Positions 13,401 through 26,727 of a DNA stretch of 64,000 bases are shown piece by piece (the first letter of the stretch is position 1; the number at the start of each line of letters is the position of its first letter). Under the pieces are notes generated by a model. It was not told where the DNA came from. It saw nothing but the letters and a program-made list of their open reading frames with translations, and ran no database searches. The stretch is from Chrysomallon squamiferum (Eukaryota > Animalia > Mollusca). The stretch is from the NCBI GenBank assembly GCA_012295275.1, contig CM022673.1:930001-994000 (forward strand). Reading direction: 5' to 3'. The position numbers were made by a program, and so were the translations under genes.

Positions 13401-14084
13401 CTTATTTTTTTAAAACGTTGATTAAAAACGTAATTCGTACTAACCTAATTATATTAAGAGCAAATAGTCTCCAGTGATACAACACATACTGTGTGTTAGG
13501 TATGTTAGAATCTACTCTATTCAAAGTTATGATGATTTTGAAAAACGAAGATTTATTTCCGAATTTAAAATACATTTATTTTCACTTTTGTATTTCTTAT
13601 AGCAGCACGTGTATGCGGTCGCACGTGCTTTCCTTTCTGAAAACAGAAGCGTGGCTAAACACAGAATATCTGATGGTCTTTAGTCAGTGTGTTTCTAATG
13701 TCAGTATTTCTTTGATCCGTAACCATATCTTTTACATGACATGAACATAGTTATAACAAAAAAGGATTAAAAATAAACAAACAAACAAACAACATCTTCT
13801 TACTTTCACTTTCAGATTATGCAGTAAAAAAGCTAATAGCTTTCAGTCGTTCAATATTAATTCAAGATGTTCGTGTGTGTGTTCATGTGTGTGTGTGTGT
13901 GTGTGTGTGTGTGGCTTTAAATTAATGTATAAATATATATATTCTTTCTTTTTAAATCATTTTTCGGACTGGATATCTTTTCTCTTTATTACACAAGTAT
14001 CCGATCTCTACAAGGAAAGTATATTTCTTATCTATACGCTAGTTATTTCTCTAAAGATGGTTTGTGCAAATATAAACATTAGTT

Positions 14085-14775
14085 ATCTAAGCAAAGGCAG
14101 TCCAATAGTTATCAGTGGAAAGACAGTCCAGTAGTTAGCTATACAGAGATAGTCAGTAGTTATCTATTCAGAGACAGTCTGGAATACCTATACATAAAGT
14201 AACTGTGTATACTAAGATAGTCCAGAAGTTATATTTCCAGAAACAGACATGGGGTTATGTATCCAGAGATAATCTAGTAGTTATATAATTATATCAAGAG
14301 GTAGACAATGATAATTACAATGACTTGATTCTCATAAACTGTAGGACTACAGTACAGAAAAGAATGTATTACAGATATATAATAGCAAAAATAAAATGCA
14401 CATGCGTGGAAGTCCAGCAGTTGTCTAAACAAAGGTAGCTGGGTATATGTCTACGCAAAGAAAGTCAAGTAATTATCTATGCTAACATAATCCAAAACTT
14501 GTCAATACTGAGATAGTCTAGTAGTTATCTGTGCAATGACAGACTAGATTTACCTGTGCAAAGACGGAACAGTAGTTAGATACGTAAAGGTGGCCAAGTA
14601 GTTATAGTTGCATTGCAAAGAGAATTCAGTAGATATCTACACAAAGATAGTCCAGTAATTATCTACAGAAATATAGTCCAATAATAATCATGTACGCAAA
14701 GATAGTTAAGCTGTTATCTATCCAGAGAGAATCAAGTAGTCATCTATACACATCCAGTATCAATAACAGTCCAGT
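14085..14775. repeat. Old degenerate minisatellite, about 26-bp unit (agatagtccagtagttatctatacag)
   Basis: Many diverged copies of gatagtcca-gtagttatcta in the intron of the peptide gene. Confidence 0.75.
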
Positions 14776-14945
14776 TAATATAAAGAAGTTGCTGATGTCC
14801 ACGAATTAATTTTAAAATTTTCGAAAATAAATACTTTAAATATAATTTGTATAATTTTTTTTAACTTTTGAAAAATCTATCACATTACATAAACTGATTC
14901 ACTTTTCCCTGAAATAAAGAAAGAAAACGAGAGAGAGGGAAAGAG

Positions 14946-14951
<6 letters not shown>

Positions 14952-15027
<76 letters not shown>
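14952..15027. repeat. (AG)n microsatellite
   Basis: Direct inspection. Confidence 0.97.
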
Positions 15028-15030
<3 letters not shown>

Positions 15031-15499
15031 TTTTATGGATAATAGTCCTTATCCAACTATTCAGACACAATTATAATGTTTGCGGGGGTGACGGTAAATT
15101 GTTATTCTAGTCTTATCTGACAAAATAAAATAATAGTTCTCTCAGCAATAATTAATTACCTCAAGCCTAGCACTAATCAACCTTGCTCTTACAATAATTC
15201 TATGTCATAAATATACGCAATCTGCCCTGCTCTTGCAGTCGCTAATGAAGGGAACTTCCTTTAACAGCCATGATGGATAAGTGGTCACAGTTGTCGTATG
15301 TTACCTTATGCCGTACAAGAAAACTTATTTTTAACATGTAGTCTTCTGTAAATCTGTTAGATTTCTGTTGTTTGCTTGATCGCGTTCAGCAAAGAGTTTT
15401 ATAATAGAAAACAAAATGTAGTACGTTATTAATGTATATGTATGAACATTAAGGAAATTATATTCTATTTTTCATTTTTAGAAGATTTTTCATTTTACA

Positions 15500-16105
15500 G
15501 TTTTGCATCTGAATTCATGTGTATTTCTACTAATTCCCTATTAGAGTTGTATGTTTAATTCTTCTAATTTCATATTACAGTTATATATGTCATTCTACCA
15601 ATTTGATATTAGAATCATACACAACTATGGTTGTAACAAAATGATATTCGAATTTATACATGTCATTCTACAAACTTTATATTAGAAGGTATACATATTC
15701 TCTATAATTTTATATAAGAAAGAAAAAAATCTACTATTTTAATATCAGAAAATGAAACATCTTTTATATTTTATTGTTAGAAGCAGATGCCAAATTCTAT
15801 TAATTTCATAACAGAAACAAATCTACAAATCAGTTAATTTCTTTTTTCATCAAATATAACAGTCTGTAATTTCAGATAGGAAAAAGACACAAAATATTTT
15901 GTTTTAATTTTTTAAATTAGAAACAGACATAAAAACCTTTAAAATAAAATAATACATTAATTTCAAACTAGAAAGAAGCATAAGATTTTTAATTTTATAT
16001 CAGAAACAAACGTTTGTTTCTTGTGATTTCATTTTAGAAACAGACTAACATTTGTACTACTTTCTAATAGCAGAACTAATTTCTATTAATTTGATATAAG
16101 AAACC
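15500..16105. repeat. Old degenerate minisatellite, about 33-34-bp unit (ttctactaatttcatattagaaacaga...)
   Basis: Recurring ttcta..aattt.atattagaa core. Confidence 0.65.
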
Positions 16106-16264
16106 ATGATGACTATATTTATTTACTTATGTATGTATTTATTTATTCACTTATTTATTTATTTATTTATTTGTTTATTTATTTATTAAATTTTGTTTTG
16201 GTTTTTCTTCTTCTTTTTTTTTTCTTTATTATTACTATTTCTTTCTTTTTTTCATCTTTCTTCT

Positions 16265-16298
<34 letters not shown>

Positions 16299-16310
16299 CA
16301 TTTTTTTTTA

Positions 16311-16345
<35 letters not shown>

Positions 16346-16632
16346 CGTTCCCTAATCTCTGTTTACAATTTTTTTTTTCTTTTTCTGTAACTATTTCCTA
16401 TCTGCACATTCCTTTATATGTCCTTAAACATTCGGTAGGTGAAGGATATAGTGTTAAACAAAGTTCAAGGATTTGTGTGTGTGTGTGTTTGTTGTTCTTG
16501 TGTTTTGCCTTGGGGTCTGTTCTACATTTCACGATGCTAAACTGATAACATAAACTTTCTTAGTATCCTGCGATGGTATAAAATTATGATGATGATGATT
16601 TAAACCTACATGGCTATAACTACTACTAACGT

Positions 16633-16675
<43 letters not shown>

Positions 16676-18789
16676 GCTACTACTGGTACTACTACAGCTT
16701 ATACTGCTACCACTGCTATTATTATTATTATTATTACTACTACTACTATTATTGTTGTTTATTTATTTATTTCTTTATTTAATGCAACCACTGCTGTTGC
16801 TACTTCTGTTTTTGTTATTATTTGTAGTAGTAGTAGTGATAGCAGTAGTCGTTGCAGCTACTGTATTCCTGGCCGTAGTAGATATTCTTGTTATTTGTAT
16901 TTATCTTTAATTCGTTATTCATTTAACTGTTTGACTTTTTTTTTTCTTTATAAGTTATTTGATATACATTTTTTTTTTTTTTTTTTACTGTTAGTATTAA
17001 TAATTTAGCACTTGTGGCTGTTAAATGCAAACTGTGTTTTATGTTCAGCAATTTATAATTATAACTGGTTATTTTAGTGCTTAGTTAATTACACTAACAC
17101 GCACATAAATACATTGCGACATTAGAAGGACTTAAATTTAGTATTTGAATCCTAAAACAAAAATAAAAATGTTTTATCACCATCGACAAAAATAGCTATG
17201 TCAAGAACGACGACGACAATAATGATGATGATGATGTTAAATTTCAACATCTGTTATTCTCTTTCAAAGTAATATTTGTATTTTATTTTCCTGAATGTTT
17301 ATGTGTTTATGGCTGCAACATCAATATTAGCAGCAACAACCACAAAAAAAATAATAATAATAATAAAATTAAAAAGAACCTTAAAGAAGATACAAAAATA
17401 ATGCAAAAACAACATTTACTGCCATCAAACAAATGAAATTACAATGAAATGAAAATAAATCAGTTTCAGAGGCAGTGAATTTAAGCAGTATTGTTTTTTA
17501 ACACTTTGAAATTTTTTCGTTATTTATGAGTAAAAGTTAATGACTTGAAAAGATAATGTTAAGCGCTGTTTGATCTGCACCCAAAGATTAATACACGTGA
17601 GAATGACAGTCATTCTTTACCAGTATCATATGGGTTACTCTTTCAAACAAGCAGTATAACAAAAACAAAAAATTATAAAAATATCACCATAAAATAGGAA
17701 AGCAACATGCCAAGAATTACGGTGTTTAGATGTGAATTTGTAATTTGTGTTCGTTATAGAAAGAACTGGGCAATAATGAGATCGGTTCGAGGCCATAATG
17801 AAATATCTGATGTTGAAAAGTGAAAAAAAAAATCTATGCAAATTAATTTGATGAGAAAAATGCAATTAATAAGATTACTGTTTGGATTGCTTTAAATTCC
17901 TGGTGTTTGTATTTTTTCACTTATTTTCTTTTTCTTCTTTTTTTCCATGGTCGATTATTTGTAATTAAAAACAAATATCAAGAACAAAGTTTGCGTAGCA
18001 AATATGAATGAGCACTGGATGGAACGGGATTTATTGATTCCCAACAGCGGAGTTTTTCGCTGTCGTTAAACCTTCCTTCGTTTATTCATCCATTAAACAC
18101 CCACTTCCAAAGTGTTTTAAAATAAGTCAAAAACTACGTTTTATACAGATGACATTTTAGGTAACATGAAGCTAAAATGCAGTAAGAAATGAAGAAATTC
18201 TGTTTCTTTGATCCTATTAACAACAACCGATTTCCTCAGCAAAACAAAAAAATCGTGCTACAATCAGTAATAATAAATTGTTGAGAAAATTGAATGACCG
18301 TGTATTTCCATTAACGGTGAACGTTCGGCTATGTTACTTTTGGAACGCGGAAAGATGTCGGATGCTGCCTTTCATGTTTTGTTTTATTTTGTGTGTTTTT
18401 TGTTCGTGTTGGCTGAGAGTCTTCAGCAATCAACCCGAAATACGTGATCAGCACCGTCACGACGACGACGTCATTTCACAGAACTATTTTCAGATGAGTA
18501 ACAGCACCTGCTTCGTGCGAAAACGGAATCGTCGTCCGCCGATAATTACACTGTGTCGCAGTAATGTGTTTTATTTACGACTTTGGCCTAGTTTGAAATT
18601 AACTTTTAACTCTATTTTAGAACCATAAAGTTCATTTATGTTGAATTATCCTGAAAATTTAGCAAATGTTGTAACGAAAGCCAGGCAGAGTCAAACAGAA
18701 AGTGTAAATTATGTTTCTGAACGGAAAGGAATGTATGTACGTATATCTATATATATGTGTGTGTGTGTGTGTGTAAATGTATTTCAGGA

Positions 18790-18892
18790 TTTTAATATTC
18801 AGGAACGCACTGGCGCAGGGGGACAAAGTCTAATCTAATTCAGGAACCCCCACATCGCCCGAACCGTTATCGTTCGGCCAGCCAGACAAACC
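18790..18892 (-). mobile_element. Second, internally deleted copy of the tRNA-derived SINE
   Basis: Shares atattcaggaacgcactggcgcagg.ggacaaagtc.aatc and cgttcggcca.c.agacaa.cc with 2913-3041. The B-box segment is missing. Confidence 0.7.
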
Positions 18893-19173
18893 TGTGTATG
18901 TATGTATGTATGGATGTATGTATGTATGTATGGATAGATGGTTGTATGAATGTATGTGAGTCTACGTGTATGTATTTATGTAATTGTCTATCCATACATA
19001 CATATATATATATATATATAATAAAGTAATAATATTGTAATAATGATGACAATGACAATGATGATGATGTTGATGGTAATCCACTTATAATACACCAGAA
19101 GAAAATAAATGCATACATACATACATACAGATACACATAGATATACACGTTATAAACATCAAAACATACTCAC

Positions 19174-19323
19174 TACGTTAAGATCAGTATCGGACCGCTT
19201 GGACGTCCGTATTGGTAGTCTATGAATAGAACGAGTGTCTACCTTTGTCGGAATTGCAGATTGATTAGAAGTCGTGACTAGCAATTCCATTACTAATAAA
19301 ATGTTCAAAACTCTGGTAAGCAT
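19174..19323 (-). CDS. First coding exon of the candidate peptide precursor (signal peptide, propeptide, KR site)
   Basis: MLTRVLNILLVMELLVTTSNQSAIPTKVDTRSIHRLPIRTSKRSDTDLNV followed by a consensus donor |gtgagt in phase 0, matching the 10321-10470 exon. An acceptor (gttttgcacgcag|) lies 7 nt upstream of the ATG. Confidence 0.65.
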
Positions 19324-19524
19324 TTCTCCACTGCGTGCAAAACAGCACGAGCGGGAACGTTTTTCCTTCCTTTTGTAGATGTGTGTATATATATACATAT
19401 AGATATATATGTATATATATGTATTTCTCTATTAATATTAGAAAACTGTTGATTTTTTTTTTCACAAAGATGTTTGTCTCCGATCCGGTCGCGTCCCCAT
19501 GCGACACACACTTCCCGCAGTTAC

Positions 19525-19610
19525 CTGCCGAAACACAGCCACACTCTCATTTCAGGTGATTTTAAAAGGTGTCAGTGTGAGACAGACAGTTGTGCTAGCT
19601 TTTTACGCGA
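19525..19610 (-). other. Putative non-coding first exon (5' UTR) of the peptide precursor gene
   Basis: Donor cggcag|gtaact at 19524 pairs with the acceptor at 19331, giving a 194-nt intron. The 5' end is estimated from the TATA position. Confidence 0.45.
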
Positions 19611-19629
19611 CAAGGCGGAGAGACTTTTA

Positions 19630-19680
19630 ATACTGTTATAAGCCGTTATCCTCCTACACAAATTTTCTGTGGGCCAATAA
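19630..19680 (-). promoter_or_regulatory. Putative core promoter (TATA-like plus CCAAT) of the peptide gene
   Basis: TATAA on the minus strand at 19636-19640 and CCAAT (plus strand) at about 19674-19678, just upstream of the inferred UTR exon. Confidence 0.35.
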
Positions 19681-20007
19681 TAAATTGAAATCTAAACAGA
19701 AAGAGATGGGAGAAAAAAAAAAAAAAAAAAAAAAAAAGTATTAGCTTCGTTTGTGCGAAATTTTAGCTTTCCCGATCGGCAAACAGAAGATTAATTTTTC
19801 TACGTGATCATTTCTTAATTATTAATGTGATTTCACGACGTCGTCTCTTAACTTTTACATAACAGTAGCGTTTGTTTGTTTGTTTGTTTGTTTGTTTGTT
19901 TGTTTTATCTAATATAGGAATGCGTGTTCGTGTCTTTTAAACGATGAATAATAATTGACTGTAGTTCGACTTTATTTTTTAAATATTTTAATGTTTTCAT
20001 TGTTGGA

Positions 20008-20137
<130 letters not shown>

Positions 20138-20399
20138 ATTACTATTACTATTAATGTTTCTTTTAATGTAATTTATTATTGCAGGCTTATATATTAATTA
20201 ATTACATAACGTTATTCGTAATAATTTGCAATATCTCACACCTTATTTAGCTGGGTAGCATTCTCGTATATCAGTGGTCAAACCTTCTACTATAACGTCA
20301 ACTCACTCTAATTAGCAGTTTGTCCATTCCTAGAGATGAGCTCTGTGGTCTGCTAGTACTATGATTAACTATGCAGTCAGTTCACTTTTACTCTGTGCT

Positions 20400-21065
20400 A
20401 AGCTACGATTCACTAAGTATCATCTATTCGCTCTCTATTCGCACTGATAAGGTATATGTCTATTCATAACCTGGACGTATTTAGACCGATTAGCTATTTA
20501 TTAGCACAGTGAGAAGCTACTCATTCTGAGTAGATATTGCTCTTTTCGTATTTAATAGCTTTGCACTCTGTCTACTCAAACAGATCAGATACAAAGTCTA
20601 TTCATACTGATTATATGTGTGTTTACTCATTCTGATTTGCTGTATGTATTGATTACTGTATGTCTACTCATTCTGATCAGCTACGCGTCAACTCATACCG
20701 ATCAGTTATGTGTCTACTCATTCTGATTAGCTGTATGTCTACTCATTCTCATTAGTTAATTGTCTACACTATCTGACTAGTTATGTGTCTACACTTTCTG
20801 ACTAGCTGTGTGTCTACTCATTCTGATCAGCTATGAGTCTACTCATTCTGAATAGCTGTATATTTACTCATTCTGATTAGCAGTATGTCTACTTATATTG
20901 AAACAGATAATCTGTAGAGTACAGACGTTTATTATTAATTAGCTATGTCTACACATACGTGTGTATTCAAAACCTCTAGCATTTAAACTGACTGTGTGTT
21001 TTAGCTGTGTATTAGCACAGTGACAAGTCGCTCAATCTGATTAGTTACTGGTTTATTCATATTTA
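20400..21065. repeat. Old degenerate 25-bp minisatellite (tgtatgtctactcattctgatyagc), left part
   Basis: Clear 25-bp periodicity at 20657-20880, with more decayed copies on either side. Confidence 0.8.
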
Positions 21066-21082
21066 TTAGTTGTGCACTCTAG

Positions 21083-22214
21083 TCATACTGGTGTATCTAC
21101 TCATACTGGTGTATCTACTCATACTAGTGTATCTACTCACACTAGTGTATCTACTCATACTAGTGTATCTACTCATACCGGTGTATCTACTCATACTGGT
21201 GTATCTACTCATACCGGTGTATCTACTCACACTAGTGTATCTACTCATACTAGTGTATCTACTCATACCGGTGTATCTACTCACACTAGTGTATCTACTC
21301 ATACCGGTGTATCTACTCACACTAGTGTATCTACTCATACTGGTGTATCTACTCATACCGGTGTATCTACTCACACTAGTGTATCTACTCACACTAGTGT
21401 ATCTACTCATACCGGTGTATCTACTCATACTAGTGTATCTACTCATACCGGTGTATCTATTCACATTAGTGTATCTACTCATACTGGTGTATCTACTCAT
21501 ACCGGTGTATCTACTCACACTAGTGTATCTACTCACACTAGTGTATCTACTCATACCGGTGTATCTACTCACACTAGTGTATCTACTCATACTAGTGTAT
21601 CTACTCATACCGGTGTATCTACTCACACTAGTGTATCTACTCATACCGGTGTATCTACTCACACTAGTGTATCTACTCATACTGGTGTATCTACTCATAC
21701 CGGTGTATCTACTCATACTAGTGTATCTCCTCATACTGGTGTATCTACTCACACTAGTGTATCTACTCACACTAGTGTATCTACTCATACTAGTGTATCT
21801 ACTCATACCGGTGTATCTACTCACACTAGTGTATCTACTCATACCGGTGTATCTACTCAGACTAGTGTATCTACTCATACTGGTGTATCTACTCACACTA
21901 GTGTATCTACTCACACTAGTGTATCTACTCATACCGGTGTATCTACTCACACTAGTGTATCTACTCATACCGGTGTATCTACTCACACTAGTGTATCTAC
22001 TCATACCGGTGTATCTACTCACACTAGTGTATCTACTCATACCGGTGTATCTACTCATACCGGTGTATCTACTCACACTAGTGTATCTACTCATACCGGT
22101 GTATCTACTCATACCGGTGTATCTACTCACATTAGTGTATCTACTCACACTAGTGTATCTACTCATACCGGTGTATCTACTCACACTAGTGTATCTACTT
22201 TATACCGGTGTATC
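21083..22214. repeat. Young homogeneous 18-bp minisatellite, about 62 copies (tcaYacYRgtgtatctac)
   Basis: Four main unit variants: cacTAgt, tacCGgt, tacTGgt, tacTAgt. It produces the spurious 372-397 aa ORFs. Confidence 0.98.
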
Positions 22215-22695
22215 AGTATGTCTCCTCATTCTTACCAGCCGTATGTTTACTTTTTCTAATTAGTTTTATATCTACTCGTTCAAAACAGCTTTATATTTAC
22301 TCATTCTTATTAGCTATATGTCTACTCATTCATATATGCTTATTCCTATTTATTAGCTAAGCAGCTTACTCATACTGATTAGCTATGTATTTCACCCATA
22401 ACAGTTAATTATATGTTGAGCTATTCACATTCGTCTGAGAAATAAGCAAATGTAAAAAAAATTATAAACAGAAAAAAGTGCAAGTATAAAATGTTCTATA
22501 CTGAGAAATATTTCTTACTGAAAAATATACAAATGTGAAAATTTCTACAGTGAGAAATATATAAATGTAAAATGTTGTAAACCGTGAAATAAGAAAATGC
22601 TCTATAGTTAGACATTAACAATATATCTGATTTAAATAAATTAAACAAAATTAGTAAGGATACTGACAAACGCTCCTAAAAGTACAAAACGTTAA

Positions 22696-22734
<39 letters not shown>

Positions 22735-23360
22735 CGGAAAAGAAAAAAATAATAATTCATATTTATTTACTTCATTAGTTGTCTAGCTTTTTTTTAAATT
22801 AACCAAGATCATTTTCCTTATTAGCATCATCATGGAAAAACAGTAGTGGCGCAACTGTATCTTCCTCCTGGCACTAACTGGATTAATAAAGGCAGCTACC
22901 GCAACGCCAGGAGTTCGATAGTGGAAGAACGACATTTTAATTATATACAAAAATTTAAAAAAAAAACGTGTTTAACTAATTCTAATTAACTGGCTCAATG
23001 AGCCAGACATTTCAAGTTCTTTAGCTGTATGTCTATAATACACCGTCACTTATTAGGTATGTCTATTCATTCTGTTCATACTTATACGTCTGCTTACACT
23101 CGTTAGGTATGCCTACTCATACTGATCAGCTATTTATACTCATCATACACATTAGCTATCTATATATCCATGCTGTGCAGCCATTTGTCTTTTCATACTT
23201 ATTAGATATGTTCTTACTTAGCTTTTAACCTATATATATATACACACTCATACTGTTTGGCTATCTCTCATGATCTGAGCTGTTTGGTTACCCTTTATGT
23301 TTCGTTATATGTCTATCGATATTTTTTTGATATATGTCTACTCATACTGATTATCTGTAA
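22215..23360. repeat. Old degenerate 25-bp minisatellite, right part (interrupted)
   Basis: Copies of tatgtctactcatactgat.agc at about 22215-22400 and 23020-23360. Confidence 0.6.
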
Positions 23361-26300
23361 AAGGTGCGATTTAATATGTTGATGAGGCAGCTTAAAATAC
23401 TTTTAACTATTTAAGAAAAAATTATCTTCAGTGGTACAAATACAGTTATAGGCTTAGCAATGATCACTTACTAGTAACAGCACTGACTTAGATCTTCTGA
23501 GCACCCTTTCATTTTACATATACTTTTATATACTAAAAACAGTTCAATGGCCAGCATCTGGTGCAAAAGTGCTTACTTTTGTGCATGGTGTATATTATAA
23601 AACTATAAGATAATTTTTCGTTTTTTTTTTTACTAAATTTCAATTCTGTTAATTCACAATATTATTCTCTGTTAAGTGTTGTTAAATTCAGCCTCAAAAG
23701 GTTTCTTAGCTTATAGTCTTGTCACATTTAAACACACCCTCATTTCCAGTACACGTAAATAGTTTCAAAAAATACTATTGACTGCTTAAACATATTTCTA
23801 TATTCATTGCATACTAACAACAATAAAACTGGGGGGGGGCAGCTTCGAATTTATGCCCAGCGCAAAAAATATTTCAGTGACTATAAACAGGTTTGCATAA
23901 AACATTTTTGTCTTGTGTATACCTCTCAAGCAACCAGACAGATGTAGACATCGTGATATTTTCTTTTATTATTATTTTTTTTTAATCAAAAATGTTTTTC
24001 TGACATCTTCAATAACTGCGAAGTTATTATGAGAAACACGATCCGCAGTTTTTTTTTATCCTTAATTATTTACACCTTAACAGCTATTCTGTCCTTGAAT
24101 CTGTAGACCTCTCCAGTTATATACCAATAATAACTTGTAGGGAAAAATGTTTTGTAATTTAGAGTCATTTTCAGCAGACGGGTCTTTCTGTTCACTAACA
24201 ATTATAAATGTCTTCCTTAATACTAATTAATACACTATTATTAACAATTAGCAACACTATCTTTATATCTCATACGTCTGAGAGCTGACATTTTATTATT
24301 TTCATATCCGTTCGTTTTGTTATCATATATACACGCCAATGCCGCTATTTCTTAAAGTATATACCTTTGCGTTGCGTTTCAGAAAATTTATTGTAACGTA
24401 ATAAAATTAATAAAATCGTACGTATTTTTCTTCTTCATCTTCGTCTTTAAACAAATTCATCTTTAAAGTATGACATTTTGAAAAATTACATTAAATTTAA
24501 TTTTTGCATAAAAAATTAATAACAAAACAAATGATACTGATAATAATAAATCTTACTATGGAAAAGAAAATGTATATACATCGAAGCACGAGATAGAGAG
24601 AGACAGACAGACAGACAGACAAACAGAGAGAGAGAGACAGAGACAGACAGACAGACAAATAGAGAGATCAGTTTTCCAAAATATTTATGAATATATTTAT
24701 CCCTACGAAATGACGTCACGATAAAGGTAAACTGACTCCATGCATCTTCACGAGCTTGTTATTAATTTTTCTTGTTATAGATTTATTTTAAATAAAGATC
24801 GGGGCTTAGTAATAAAACAGTATTTTGATAAATGAAAAAATGAAGAAAGAAAGACATGAGGAACATATTGTTTTAGACAGGGAAATAAACAGCTACCTTT
24901 CATACACTACTCACACAAAAGGCTCTGACATAACTTGACATATTTGGCAATTCACCGAGAAGGTTTGATCCTGTTACTCGTGGCTCCTCAGGTTATTTGT
25001 TGTATAACAAAATAATTATTGTTATTATTACTGGTGTTGTTGTGTGTTGCTATTAAACAGTCTCAATGTACATTTTTTCATCGTCATTGACACTGGCGTT
25101 ATTGGTGCTGCTAACAACAATGTTATTATTATGCTGTTGTTGCTGCAACTACCACTACGGCCTTTACTATCAGCAATGCGACAGCTAGTATATTACATAA
25201 CCATTACAGTTAACATCGACATATTTGTTTTTCCCCTTTCATCTTATGCCTGAGTGTGTGTTTTTTGTTGTTTTTTTCTACGCAGTAAAAATGTTCCTAC
25301 AAATAAAATACTCAATTATCAGATTAAAAAGCTGCATGACTTTGTTTACCACTTGTTTTTGCTGTTTCCTCCCACTCGGCAAATTTGTCTTGACTTTCTT
25401 TAAAACAAAAATCGGGATGGGTTTGAAGTATGGCAGATAAAAGCGAACAGAAAGACAGAGTCAATGGGTCAGTGTTAGGTATATCCGTCGTAAACAGGTG
25501 ATTTTCAGTCGATATGAATAACAACTCATAAGAGAGTCGTTGAACGTATTCTTGACGGTTTTGAGAATGTAATTGTAGAAACGTTCATAGTTCCACTGTG
25601 TCTTATTATGTACATATTTAGGTATATGTGGATAGTTTATATATATACATAAAGGTTCTCCGTATACCAATGTGTGTCTTCTGTACACCTTATCAGTCGT
25701 ATATATGCGACAAACATCAGTACTCGTGAATAATGCCTGATACTGCATGGTCCCAAGAGACGTTTTTTCTATTTATTGAACATATGTGTAATATCTCAGT
25801 TAAATACTGTTGTTCGAATATCGGAGATTTTAGCTGGGCGGAGTATCTTTTTCTTTCTTCTTTTGCGTGTTTGTGTGAGTATGTGTGTGCGTGTGTGTGT
25901 GGATGTGGATGTGTTTGTGTTTGTTTTAGCTTGCTTGGTTGCTGTTCTTCTTTTTGGGGGGGTTTATTATTATTATTATTATGATTATTATTGTTGTTGT
26001 TGTTGTTGTTGTTTTTGTTGTTGTTGTAGTTTTTGTTGTTATTGTATTTTTCTTCACTTTTTAATTTTACTACTCAGTTAACTTTCATTCCTTCTTTTCA
26101 ATATCTTTATGACACTTTAATTTTTTTTTTTTATTTTTTTTTTTATTTTTTTTTTTATTTTTTAATTTTTTTTTTTTTTTATTTGGTTCAGATTTCTGAT
26201 ATATCACCTCTTCATTACAGCGAAATAAGATTTCATTCATTCGTGGATTTCTTTTCAAATTCCCGTCCTCTGTCACTGGCTTTTATCTAAATCGGATGCA

Positions 26301-26650
26301 GCCTCATTACATTCTTAATCGTTTTAGCAAACTGGGTCACATTGCTGATACGAAGTTAATACTTTAATTTTCTGCTGCGTCAGCGTACGAAATGTATCGC
26401 AGGTGACTTTGTCGATACTCCTGGTGACGTTTTGCAGATTATATTTCTCGTCGTTGTTTCTTGTGTCTTTTTTAATTTTGTTGGGTGTTTTGTGCTGTTA
26501 TTAACATTACTTTTATTAATATCTATTTTTCGTTTATGTATTTATTTCTGTAAAAAAAATAAATTTTGTATTTGTTTTTGTTTAGATTTTATTTGTTAAT
26601 TATTATTATTATGTTTTTCATTGGCATTGTTATCATAATCATCATTGTCA

Positions 26651-26727
<77 letters not shown>

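Noticed and set aside
16129-17008. Phe-rich and Thr/Ile-rich ORFs (and similar VC, ER, LS, YVCM, poly-I/N ORFs throughout)
   Set aside because: These are translations of poly-T and di-, tri- and tetranucleotide microsatellites.
21083-22214. CRISPR-like appearance of regular repeats (also 28245-28645 and 46683-47078)
   Set aside because: Units are head-to-tail without unique spacers, the context is eukaryotic and there are no cas genes.
21066-22263. Three long ORFs (372-397 aa) of hexapeptide repeats (MSRYTG, HTSVST, LVYLLI)
   Set aside because: They arise from an 18-bp unit lacking stops in several frames on both strands. There is no signal peptide, no dibasic sites, no splice signals and no unique flanking coding sequence.
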